NCBI RefSeq assembly: GCF_009914755.1 | Contig: NC_060942.1 | DNA: 64,000 nt | DNA from: the human T2T-CHM13v2.0 reference genome, Homo sapiens | Direction: 5' to 3' (one strand) | Shown: piece by piece, positions 25,410-37,939 of the stretch | Numbering within the stretch: position 1 is the first letter of the stretch | Layout: each line of letters begins with the position of its first letter | Program-made: the position numbers and the translations under genes | Notes under the pieces: model-generated | Database searches by the model: none | The model's input: the letters and a program-made list of their open reading frames with translations, nothing else | Told to the model about the DNA's origin: nothing

Positions 25410-27588
25410 TTTTTTTAACTTTTATTTTAGTTTCAGAAGTAGATGTACAAGTTGGTTTTATAGATACATTGCATGTCACGGGGGTTTGTTGTACAGATTA
25501 TTTCATCTGTAATAAGCATAGTAATAAGCATAGTACTCAAGTAATAAGCAGAGTACTCAGTAGGCAACTTTACAGACCTCACACTCCTCCCACCCTCCAC
25601 TCTGAAGTAGGCCCTGGTATCTATTGTTCCCTTTTTTGTGTCTATGTACTCAATGTTTAGCTCCCACTTGTAAGTGAGAACATGAAATGTTTGGTTCTCT
25701 TCTTGCATTAGTTCACTTAGGATAATGGCCTCCAGCTCCATCCATGTTGCTGCTGAAGGCATTGTCTCATTCTTTTTTATGACTGCATAGTATTCCATAG
25801 AGTATATGTTCCACATTTTTTTTGTTCAATCCACCATTAATGGAGACCTAGGTTGATTTCATGTCTTTGCTATTGTGAATAGTGCTACAGTTAACATACA
25901 TGTGCATGTATCTTTGTAGTAGAACAATTTATATTCCTTTGGGTGTATACCCAATAATGGGATTGCTGGATCAAATGGTACTTCTCTTTTAAGTTATCTG
26001 AGAAGTTGCCAAACTGTTTTCCACATGGCTGAATTAATTTACATTTCCACTAGCAACGTATAAGTGCTCCCTTTCCTCCACAGCCTAGCTAAAACTATTA
26101 AAAACCCTTGAGGAAAACCTAGGAAATACCATTTTAGAGGTAGGCCCCGGCAAATATTTTATGATGAAATGGAAAAACAGTTGCAACAAAAACAAAAATT
26201 GACAAATGGGATGTAGTTAAACCAAAGAGCTTCTGCAGAGCAAAAGAAACTATCAGCAGAGCAAGCAGACAACCCACAGAATGGTATACAATATTTGCAA
26301 ACTATGCATATGACAAAGATCTACTATCCAGCGTCTACTATCCACATCTGTACCAGTACCATGCTGTTTTGGTTACTGCAGCCTAGTAGTATGGTTTAAA
26401 GTTGGGTAATGTGATGCCTCCAGCTTTGTTCTTTTTGCTTAGGATTGCTTTCACTATTCAGGCTCTTTCTGGTTCCATATGAATTTTAGATTTTTTTCAG
26501 TTATGTGAACAATGTCATTAATAGTTTGATAGGAATAGCATTGAATCTGTAAATTGCTTTGAGCAATATGGTCATATTAACAATATTGATCCTTCCTATC
26601 AATGAGCATGGAATGTTTTTCCAATCGTTTGTGTCATCTGTGATTTCTTTGAGCAGTGTTTTGTAATTCTTATTGTAGAGATCTTTCACCTCCCTGGCTA
26701 GCTGTATTCTTAGGTATTTTATCTTTTGGGGGCTATTGTGAATGGGATTGAGTTCTTGATTTGTCACTCAGCTTGAATGCTATTGGAATGAAGAAATGCT
26801 ACTGATTTTTTTCATTGATTTTGTGCCCAGAAAGTTTGATGATGTTGTTTATCATATCTAATATCTTTTGGGAAGAGTCTGTGGGTTTTTCTAAGTATAG
26901 GATCATATCTGCAAGCAGGGATAGTTTGACTTCCTCTCTTTCTGTTTGGATGCATTCAATGTCATTCTCTTGCCTGATTGCTTTGGCTGGGATTTCCAGT
27001 ACTATGCTGAATATGTGTGGTAAGAGTGGGCATCCGTGTCTTCTTCTGGTTCTCAAGGGGAATGCTCCCAGCTTTTGCCCATTCAGTATGATGTTGCCTG
27101 TGGGTTTGTTATAGATGGCTCTTACTATTTTAAGGCATGTTCCTTCAAAGCCCAGCTTGTTGAGGGTTTTAAACATGAAATGATGGTTTAAATTTTTATC
27201 AAAAGCCTTTTCTGCATCTATTGAGATGATCTTGTGGGCTTTGTTTTTAATTCTTTCTATGTGATTAATCACATTTATTGATCTGGGTATGTTGAACCAA
27301 TCTTGCATCTCAGAGATAAAACCTACTTGATTGTGGTGGACTCGCTTTTTGATGTGCTGCTGGATTCAGTTCGCTAGTATTTCCTTGAGGATTTTTGCAT
27401 CTATTTTCATCAAGGATATTGGCATGACATTTTCTTTTTTGTTGCGTCTTTGCCAGGTTTTGGTATCACGATGATGCTGGTCTCACAGAATGAATTAGGG
27501 AAGAGTTCCCCCTCCTCAATGTTCTGGAATAGTTTCAGTAATAATGGTACTGGCTCTTCTTTACATGTCTGGTAGAAGTCAGCTGTGA
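25410..27588 (-). mobile_element. Older L1PA (about PA13-16), 5'-truncated, with internal inversion at about 26089-26340, inside Tigger1
   Basis: ORF track RT remnants at 26799-27308 ([15 protein letters not shown]) and 26501-26767; 3'UTR at 25410-25700; degraded TSD AGGTAAAGATTTTT / CAATAAAGTATTTTT. Confidence 0.93.
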
Positions 27589-27902
27589 CAATAAAGTATT
27601 TTTAATTAAGGTATCTACATTATTTTTTAGACATAATGCTATTGCACACTTAAAAGACTACAGCATAATGTAAACATAACTTTTGTGTGCACTGGGAAGC
27701 CAGAAACTTTGTGTGATCCTTTCATTGTGATATTTGCTTTATTATAGTGGTCTGACACTTAACCCATGATATCTCTGAGGTATACCTGTATGCACATTTT
27801 TAGAGAACTAATTTATCTGCACATTTCCTTCATCTTTTTGATAATATAATTTTCCAATATTATACTGAATACAGAGAAGCTAATCTCTGGGCTGGGTCAC
27901 CA

Positions 27903-28050
27903 AATGTTAGAGCTGGGAGCAGGTTTAGACATCATCTAGTGAGTAGTTCAGATTGTTAATTTTCCGGAAGAGGAAACCACAGTCTAGAGAGATTAACTTT
28001 GTCCAAGAGTACAAGGGTCAAGAGTCGAACTCAATCCAGTTCTGTTGTGT
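27903..28050 (-). mobile_element. MIR/MIR3 fragment
   Basis: AATGTTAGAGCTGGGAG...GACATCATCTAGT...GAGGAAACCACAGTCTAGAGAG. Confidence 0.6.
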
Positions 28051-28647
28051 TAGATCTTTTTACCTTTAAAATATTCATGTCAACCATTTTTGACATATAT
28101 GATAATGATTTGCCAGCCTAAAGTATCTCATTTTATGGGGTTCATTCTCCTTCAATATTTGTAGACAATAGTATGAAATCATTTTGATGATGAAAATCCA
28201 GAGACAGAAGGATTAATCATTGTCAGCAAATCATTTTAAATCAGTGCTGACTATAAATTACTGTTTCATTCAAACATGGTATCAGATAGTTCTCTATACA
28301 CAGATCAAGCAAATGGAAGCATGTCCTTCACAGGCTGGAGTAGATAGGTCATAATTCTGTGACTCACTTTACAATTCTCTCAGTCTCTCAATCATGTGTT
28401 ATTGTTCCTTTCTGCCTATGTCATTTTTGGGGGATTATGCCAAACTGTTCACTTTTAGGATGTAGAATTTTTGGTGTTTTTAAGGGCTTTGTGTTGCAGA
28501 TGAAGAAAGAACTTCAAAACAATGTCATGTTGTGATAAAAGAAAACAATTACTTGCAATATTGCCTAAGCATTTTTCATTTTCGTAAAAATATTGCTCAA
28601 GTAACTGACCCTCAATAATGAGGAAAACCTGTATTTTTAAAATATCT

Positions 28648-30300
28648 TTTCATTCATTTATCATCTACTTTGATCATCAGCCATGTACCAATTAATTTAT
28701 TAAGTCTGTGGATGCAATCTCTGCCCCAGGGAGCTCAAAGAGTGTAGGGGAAAGACACATACAAGTAAATTGTTAATATTTCATATGACAGATACAATAG
28801 AAGCCCCAAAAGGCATTATAGAGGAAGCAGAGAATTAATTCAGGGAAAGATAAATGCGATGAAGGTTGGAAGATGACTACAAGTGTGTCAGGCAGATTTG
28901 CGTTTGTGTGTGCATGCAATATGAGTGCAAAATAATATTCTGGAAAAAGTAAATATCATTTAAAAGGTATTGGAGGGGCAAGAGTATGATATCTTTAGTT
29001 AAATGCAAATGGTTTAGCATTGCTAAAGCCTAAGATGTGTTGTAATGAGTGGTACAGAATAAGACTGGGCACATTGGGGGAAGCATCATAAAAGGTCTTT
29101 AACACTGTGTTAAACAGGTTAACATTTATACTGGGTCAGTGGAAAACCATTTAAGAATTATGAACAGGCAATGGCATAACCAATCTCAGTGTTAGAAAAA
29201 CCACTGTTGCCACAGTCTGAAAGAAAGAATGGATGGCAGAGAACCTCAAACCAGGAAGAATAGCAAAGAAGCAATATACCACAAATTCCAAGCAAGGAAA
29301 AATTAGAGCCTAATGTTCTAAGGAAATCACAGTGATAATGTCAATGAGATAGGAAAGGGAGGAGAAATTTAAGAGATACTTCATAAATAGAATCAACATG
29401 ATTTAAAGATTGGATGGGAGGTCAGGAGGAAAAGACATATCAAGGATGGTTCCCAGGGCTCTGACAACAGAATGGATGGTAATGTCATCCACTGTGATAG
29501 AGGATGTGGGAAAAGGTTCATGTATGGAAAGGATGAACACAATGGCTTTGGACATTTTGAGTTGGAGGTTTTAGTGGGATATCCAAACTAAAATATCCAG
29601 TAGTCATTAGGATAAATGGGATGACATATCTGGTGTAGAGATACTGATTTAAAAGTCATTTGTATATAAGTATTTAAAGCTATGAGCAGTATGAGTTATC
29701 CCAAGAAGGATGTGTATCAGAAAGAAAAGAAGCATGGGGAAGAACCCTAGAGAACACTTATGATTTTGGTTGAGAAAAAGTTAATTGTATCATCATGAGA
29801 CACTGAGAATAATTAGCCAAAGAGATGGAGGGGTGAAAATAAGGACAGAATGGTTTTACCAAAACCAAGGGAAGAACTTTTTTCAGGGAGTACTGCAAGT
29901 GGTATTATACGAAACAAACAAGATTGGTAAAGACAGAAGTTCCTGTTGGCTTCCCCAATTCAGAGGTCAGAGACAGTCTTACTGGGAACAGGTTCAGTGT
30001 AGTGGTGGGAAAATGAGCTAGTTTGCACTGGGGTAAAAGGTGAAAGGGAGATGGAGAAGTTTAGACAGTCAACATAAGATTGCTATTTGGGAAATTTGAT
30101 GGTGTAGAAAGGAAAATGAGAGGTAGCTAAATGGGGAACCCAAATTGAAGAACGTTTTTTAAATGTCAATTTTAAATAAGTTTGAAGATATTTGAATGCT
30201 CATATCAAAAAAGTTCATGGAAATGGATAATTTGAATACACAGAAAATAGAAGATGATTAAGTTACAGAGAATGAAGAGAAGAATCTCTAGAACAGGTAT
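28648..30300 (-). mobile_element. Long decayed L2 (about 1.6 kb)
   Basis: Starts at TTCATTCATTTA tail; TTTGGACATTTTGAGTTGGAGG, GGATATCCAA, GATTTAAAAGTCAT antisense L2 motifs; purine-rich. Confidence 0.75.
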
Positions 30301-30324
30301 TTGTGCGAAATACAGCTTACTCAT

Positions 30325-30723
30325 CGTATTAGTTTATTCTCACATTGCTATAAATAAATACCTGAGATTGGGTAATGTATAAAGGAAATATCTTTAATTG
30401 GCTCACAGTTCTGCAGGCTATACAGGAAGCTTAGTGGCTTCTGCTTCTGGGGAGGCCTCAGGAAACTTACTATTATGTTAGAAGGCGATGAGGAAGCAGG
30501 CACATCTCACATGCCCTGAGAAGGAAGAAGAGAGAGAGCAGGGAGGTGCCCTACACTTTTGAACAACCAGATCTCATGAGAACAGCACAACGGGGATGCT
30601 GCTAAACCATTCATGAGAAACTGCCCCTATGATCCAATCACCTCCCACCAGGCCTCACCTCCAGCATTGGAGATTACATTTCAACATGAGATTTGGGTGG
30701 GGACACATATCCAAAACATACCA
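30325..30723 (-). mobile_element. MSTA MaLR solo LTR
   Basis: GTATTAGTTTATTCTCACATTGCTATAAA...GGGGACACATATCCAAAACATACCA; TSD CTCAT/CTTAT. Confidence 0.92.
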
Positions 30724-30987
30724 CTTATTACAAACCAAAATGCACATTGCATAGTTGAAATTTTTTCTAATAAAAAATGTATTTGGAGTAACTGAATTGC
30801 TTTGGGAGCAATTGCATAAAATACCATTTTAAAAAAACCCAGCTATTTATTGCAAATTTCAAGTGCTATTTTTTGTTATCAAGGGAAAATTGGTAGATAG
30901 AATGTGAACCGTTGATCCAGAAAAATCTCCTTCTCTCAGTTCTACAAATGATTACCTAGTATTTGAAACATGATTTCTTAAGGATCA

Positions 30988-31143
30988 TCATATATTACAA
31001 ATATATATTACAAATAAATATATATTATATATAATATGTGTATATGTAATATATGTACATATTGTATATTACATATATATGATATATATATATCCTGTGA
31101 ATAATGATTGTGTGTGTATATATATACACACACATCAATATAT
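30988..31143. repeat. (TA)n/(TG)n-rich low-complexity tract
   Basis: Degenerate TATA/TGTA/CACA repeats. Confidence 0.85.
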
Positions 31144-31217
31144 CCTGCAGAAGACATTTTAGAAAGAACTAAATTCTGTGGGAACTGGTAATGCTTTCTT
31201 AATAAATAGAGCTGGTC

Positions 31218-31799
31218 CACTCCCACGTTCACTGTAGCATTCATTATTCACAAAAGTCAAGATATGGAATCAACCTAAGTGTCTGTCAATGGATGGATGA
31301 ATGGATAAATGTGGTAGATATCTGCAATCTCTACTGTATAGCTTAAAAGAGAAGAAAATTCTGTCATATGTAACAACGTGGATGAACTTGAAGGACATCA
31401 TGTTAAGTGAAATAAGCCAGGCACAGAAAGGCAAACACTGCCTGATCTCACTTACATATGGAATCTAAAAAAGTTGAATTCATAGAAATTGATAATAGAA
31501 TGGTGGTTACAAAGGGCTGGGGAAGAGACTGGGGAGATGTTAGTCAAAGGATACATTTCACTTAGAAAGGAGGAATAAGTTCAAGAACTCTATTGTACAA
31601 CATAGTGACTATAGTTAAAAACAATGTATTTTATTCTTGAAAATTGCTAAGAGAGTAGATATTAGGTGTTCATTATAAAAAATAAGTATATGAAGTGATG
31701 CATATGTTAATGAGCCAAATTTAACTATTCCACAATGTATACATATTTCAAAACAACACATTGTACATAGTATACGATTTATATTTGTCAAATAATAAA
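31218..31799 (+). mobile_element. L1MA (about MA8) ORF2 end plus 3'UTR
   Basis: GATATGGAATCAACCTAAGTGTC...AAGTGAAATAAGCCAGGCACAGAAAG...GAAAATTGCTAAGAGAGTAGAT. Confidence 0.9.
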
Positions 31800-31802
31800 G
31801 AC

Positions 31803-32140
31803 AAAGTTGAACTCATAGAAGCAGAGAGTAGGAGAGTGGTTGCAAAGGGTGGGCAGAGGGGAGGAATTGGGAGATATTGTCCAAAGGATACAAAATTTCA
31901 GTTAGGAAGAGTAAGTTTTGGAGATCTATTGGTGACTATAGCTAGTAATAATGTATACTTGAAAATTGCTAAGAGAGTAAATCTTAAATGTTCTCATCAC
32001 AAAACCATAAGTATGTGAGGCAATGGATGTTAATTAGCTTGACTTAATCATAGCACAATGTATACATATATCAAAACATCATATTGTACACTATAAATAT
32101 ATGCAATGTTTATTTGTCAGTTAAACCCTAGTAAAGTAGG
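31803..32140 (+). mobile_element. Second L1MA (about MA9/10) 3'UTR in tandem
   Basis: AAAGTTGAACTCATAGAAGCAGAGAGTAG...GAAAATTGCTAAGAGAGTAAATCTTAAATGTTCTCATCAC. Confidence 0.88.
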
Positions 32141-32282
32141 GAGGTGGAGAGATCAGAAGCCCCCTATACGTATAACTCCGGTTTTAAACTAGTGTGATTT
32201 ACCATCAAAAGAACAACTTGAATTGTTATCCATAGACCACACTGGTTTAGTAAAAAGTGCTACGGTTTGGTGTACATGACAG

Positions 32283-32856
32283 TGAGGTGGTTAATTTGAG
32301 GTGTCAACTTGACCGGATTAAGGAATACATGGAAACTTGATAAAGCATTATTTTGGGGTGTGCCTGTGAAGGTGTTTCCGGAGAAGATTAACATGTGAGC
32401 CTGAGTGGACTGGGTGGGGAAGATCTGCCCTCAATGCGGGCAGGTTCCGTGCAATCTGCTGGCAGCCCAGAGAGAACCAAAACAGAGACAAGGTGAATAT
32501 GTTATGTATCTGCTGGAGCTGGGTTACACTCTTCCTTTCCTGTCCTTGGACAACAACTCCAGGCTCCCTAGCTTTTAGACTTACGTTATTCCTCGTGCCC
32601 CTCTCCACCCGTCTTCTCAGGCCTTTGGCCACAGACAAGAGTTATACCATCGGCTCCCATGTTTCTGAGGCCCTCGGATTGGGCTGAGCCATGTTACCAG
32701 CATCCCAAAGTCTCCAGCTTGCAGATGGCATGTCTTGGAACTTCTCAGCCTCCATAATAATGCCGGTTTGTTTAATAAATCCTCTCCCATATATCTGTTT
32801 ACATCCATATCTTTATATACCCTATTGGTTCTCTCTGAAGAACCTTGACTAATACA
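32283..32856 (+). mobile_element. MLT2B-like ERVL solo LTR
   Basis: TGAGGTGGTTAATTTGAGGTGTCAACTTGAC...GAACCTTGACTAATACA; TSD GACAG/GATGG. Confidence 0.92.
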
Positions 32857-33475
32857 GATGGGTAACATCAGACTCTCTTAAAAATAGGAAATATTTTTCT
32901 TCTAAGAAATACCCTGGGATAACAAACATGCTGTGTGTTAAGGCACATGAGACCCCCATGGGGCAGATCTCCCAGGGCACCATTCACATGGAATACATTG
33001 GAGCTGCATAACCTCATAACCTTGCCAGTATAGGGTCAAGGGCCAAAAAATGCAGGCTTCACCTAAAAAAGGAACAAAAATCTGATTCAGGAAGCAATAT
33101 CTGAGCCTTGAGCAAGAAAAGACAGACTTTAGAAGACTTTTATTTTGGTTACTGAGAGGCTGTAATAAACCTCAGAAGCAAATCAAGGGAAACTTCATTC
33201 ATACTGTAGATTTTTGGTGTTGGAGTTTTATAGAATTTTCTAGCAGATAGAAGTACCTTTTCTAATAAAATGTATAGTACAAAAATTTTCTTTTCTTGTT
33301 TGTACAAAGTCACTTTATCTTTCTGGAACCTTTGCTTCTCTATTTAGTTTTCACCAATTAGTTTCAGGAGCTCAAGGGCATTTTTATATTCAGAGAACAT
33401 TCTAGGCTAGAATCAGTAACTACAGTTAGAACACATAGAAGAAATAAATGAAGACAGGGCTTTTATATCCTTAAA

Positions 33476-33580
33476 CTCACTCATTCACTCATCCATTCAA
33501 TCAATAAGTACTTTTAAGCAACTGTTATGTGGCAGGCGGTGTGCTATGTCCTGGCCATAAGCCTAGTGAGGAAACTAAGA
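33476..33580 (-). mobile_element. L2 3' end
   Basis: CATTCACTCATCCATTCAATCAATAAGTACTTTTAAGCAACTGTTATGTGGCAGGC. Confidence 0.7.
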
Positions 33581-34710
33581 GTAGGCTAATGGTTCAAGGA
33601 ATTAAACACATGCTGAGAGAGAAGGCATCATGTATAGCAAGAAATGCAGTCACACCATTGAATGAGGCATCAGTGTTGTTCTCTGAAAGCTGCATTTTAA
33701 AAACTATAATTTGGAAGATCCAAATGTGTTGAAAATTGTCCTTAGAAGCTATTTTAACTTTACACAGATGTGGCGCTTTCATAACAGGAAAATGCTCATA
33801 TTTTCAGCTCAAGTTCTTAAGTGGGGAAAACATGGCAGATGCTTCTGATAAGCATAAGAGATTGACTTGAAATGAATTTTTAATTAAAATTACCCAAAGG
33901 CCTAGTGAAATGATTTCCCATGACTGTCCAAGTCTATGAAAAGTTCTGCCCACCTCTGAAGAAAGAAATAGTGTCATATTTACATCAAAAAAGCAAAAAA
34001 AATACAAGGTAGTCGGTTATGGATGGATTGTGTCATGAAGTTTTCTTGAATGATACAATGAAAATTCAATTTCAATTCACTTTTGCCAGTTGCAGATCAA
34101 TTAATCTCAAAATCTTCAGTGTCTCATAAAGACACTGAAGTAAATAACAATAATGTAAAATCTTATGCTGAGAACTGAGTAACACATTGATATATTAACA
34201 TTTCTATAGAAAGTACCTACTATGTTGAAATATCTGTTATTGCATTTTTGATATAGCAACTGCCCCTTAAGTAAAGATCTGACAGCACAACTCACTAACT
34301 TACATTTAAATCTAGACTTTAACATTATTTTTGAGTAAACAAATTAGGAAAGCATCAAACATTTTCTTCTCACATGCCAAATGCCAATATAATTTCAAGT
34401 ATAATCAATGTTAACTGTGGAAATGTTTGTTCTTCCAAAAGATGGCTACTGAGAAGGCTGATATGTTAAATAAAGTTGAAATTTAATAGAAACTTAATTA
34501 GCAAGTGCTGTTAAATTCTTTTTATAAACAATGCTATCTTAGGTGCTTTGAGAGATAAAAAGATGAATTAGACGGGACCGTGACTCATCCAGAGCTCACA
34601 ATACACAGTGGGAAACAGCTGTGATAAGTGCTTTAATAGTTGAATAAACAACATCAAGTCTGAAAGTATTGCAGGGAATAGGGTAATTAATTCCAGTTGG
34701 GGACACTTTT

Positions 34711-35337
<627 letters not shown>

Positions 35338-35349
35338 TGATATACATCA

Positions 35350-35890
35350 GGTGAAGCATTAGGTGCCACAAAGGACAATAATACAAACATATGATATGAC
35401 CCTTTCCTTTGGGAAACTTATCTTCTTGGAAACATAAGACATACATAAAATATATGTCTACATTTATACACTTATATATACACAAAATATTATCAAATAC
35501 ACAATTGTATGCAAAAGAATAAAAAGTCTTTGACCAGAATGTAGAGGCTCTGAGAGTTCAGTAGAAGGAGAAGTTGGTATCAACGTGAGAAATGAAATAA
35601 CATCTTGGAGAAGGTGGACCATGATATGGGAGAGGAAGTGCTGGAAGTACTTGCAGAAGCAGCAGAAGGTAAGACTTGAAATGATGAAAACAATGAATGA
35701 AGGCAGAATTGACTACATCCTGTTCCATGAACCTCAGAGACTGACCTGGCCAAAGCATGAGGTCTTCTTTGGGGAACCTTGGAAGAACTAATTGGTTGCA
35801 TTAAGTGTAGGATGGGGGTGCTTTGTGAATGCCAAGACAAGGAATCCGGATTTGATCTGATAGGAACAGGAAATTCTCGTAGACTGTCAA
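35350..35890 (-). mobile_element. Decayed L2 fragments
   Basis: ATGCCAAGACAAGGAATCCGGATTTGATCTGATAGGAACAGG and other antisense L2 motifs. Confidence 0.5.
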
Positions 35891-36458
35891 GCAGCCTAGT
35901 GACACGTGAAAGCAACTAGAAAGATTAGGCTTGTGATTATTGCTTTTTTCAGGAAATGTTTTATATAAAGTTCCTCTAAACAGTTTATAAAGCTTTAGAC
36001 AGATGTACAATGAATGTTATTATTACATCAGACACATACAGAGAACTAATGAGTGTGTATACAACCCTAACACTCGTGAAAGTGTTCTGTAAAATCTTAT
36101 AAGTAAGACTCAGAAGAAATCATTTAGTTGGCCTGCTCTACCATAAAGGAGTAGATGAAAAACAGAGATAATGGATTAACATTTGTTAAAACAATGTCAG
36201 AGAAACCAAAGTGGAAATGCTCCATGAAAAGAAAGATTTATGTCCAAAAAGGGCCTATCACAGATATTTTAAGAACCTTCAGAAAGTGTCCTGAAGTTAA
36301 AAAAAAAAAATGAAATTTCCTTCTGTAAGGCTGTTTTCTGTTTGTTGGTTTGTTTTAAGAGGGAAATATCTTTGAGAGTTACAAACTGGTCATTACACCT
36401 TTAATACCTGAGAAGAGGCAGACGCAACAGGTTGCCAGCAACCAGCAAACCATTTAAT

Positions 36459-36641
36459 GTAGGTAGCAATCTGCATGACCTTATGAGGGGAAAATCAGGG
36501 AAGATCAGTTCAATTTCCACCCAAAACACAGTAATAGATATTAGTGATAAGGAGGCCATAATGTGGCTGAATTTTTGTAAGGCTTTAGGGTCTGCTCCAG
36601 TTGGCATTCTTCTTAAGAAGCTACACAGATGCAGCCTGGGG
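36459..36641 (+). mobile_element. CR1/L3 ORF2 reverse-transcriptase relic
   Basis: In-frame SNLHDLMRGKSGKISSIS..IMWLNFCKALGSAPVGILLKKLHRCSL aligns with the CR1 RT pattern SxQHGFMKGKSCLTNLIS..VIYLDFSKAFDxVPHDILxxKLxxxGL. Confidence 0.7.
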
Positions 36642-37784
36642 CTGTCACATGTGGACATAGATGATGAGGGTTTATATCCAGATATTATTTATTGTTTAAG
36701 GGTGTCTCACCATTAATTTGGAAACATTTGTCTGTAGCTGATAAGCTCACTGACCAAAGGTGTGTGCTAATGGCATCAAAGTAATGGAAATCCCCTCCAT
36801 GTGGACTCACATGCTCCTGGAGTCACATTACCAGCTGGGCTCACTCCTTCCCACTGACTCACAATGCATGTTTTTATAGCTAGAAGAACCTGACAAAAAT
36901 GATAGAACAAAATAAATTTGTCATCACCACTAGAAGAAAAGAAAATCCATAAATTCTGCTTAAGCAAAAGTCTATATCTACGGATGAGTCTGAGAGTCAA
37001 AAAAAAAAAAAATCGATTCATTCAAAGTATCTACCACTTCAAGAAAGCTGATGATTTAAGTGACTTGATCTTTTTTGTGTTCACTTGGTTGGTCAAAACA
37101 AACAAACAAATTTACCCTTGAAGCCAAGAATATCTGTGTGAGAATGTGTGACAGCTGGGGAACCAACGTTCATTCCAAGCAGTACCTGTGTAAAGTGTGT
37201 TCACTTTCCCTTACTCTTCTACTGAAGTCTCCACTGCTCCCTTTAGCCAAGAAGGACAAATTCTTCCCCAGACCCCATGGTTCCTTCCCAGTCCACTCTT
37301 CTCAGGGCCCTATCAGTTCCCATAGCATCCTCCCAGCCAATGCCCACATATCCATTCAAGATATTAAGTTTAGGTTCACCAATATCAATAAGCCTTAGAG
37401 ATCATAGAGGGCCATGCTATCTGAAAAGTCCCTTTCAATATCTGCAAATGAAATTATTCTCAGATCTCTGGCCCCATCATCTTTATAATGCTCAGTCCAG
37501 TGTTCTTTGTCCTTTGCCTCTCTTGGAACATGGTGATCAACCTTGAGTTCCTGAGTCAGGGAAGGATGATGCACATGATTGTGCCAGTGCAGCTGTGCTT
37601 ATTGAGAATTCCACCCACAGCCCAGCCTCTCTTTTGAATGTGTGCTAAGTCTGGGCAAAATATGAAAGATTTTCTTTAAAAATCTTCATTCAATTTTTGA
37701 CTTCCCAGTGCTGCTTATATTTCTTCTAACATTAGTTACTTGTAGGAATTCCATGGTACACCCTTCTGTCTGACTGTATGCTAA

Positions 37785-37939
37785 TTTTTTTTGTTTGTTT
37801 ATTGTTGTTGTTGTTGGGGGGTAGAGATGGGATCTCACTGTGTTGCCTAGGCTGGTCTCCATCTGCTGGCCTCAAGTGATACTTCTGCCTCAGCCTCCCA
37901 AAGTGCTGGGATTACAGGCATGAGCCACTGCGCCTGGCA
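37785..37939 (-). mobile_element. FLAM_C / Alu left monomer
   Basis: Single antisense arm GTAGAGATGGGATCTCACTGTGTTGCCTAGGCTGG...GCCACTGCGCCTGGC. Confidence 0.9.

Larger units (their letters stand above)
22777..27788 (+). mobile_element. Full-length Tigger1 (TcMar/pogo), decayed transposase, with two nested insertions
   Basis: TA|CAGTCATATTTCATTTTATTGC start and ATCTCTGAGGTATACCTG|TA end (TA TSD); pogo transposase remnants at about 23260-24770 (e.g. [29 protein letters not shown]). Confidence 0.95.
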
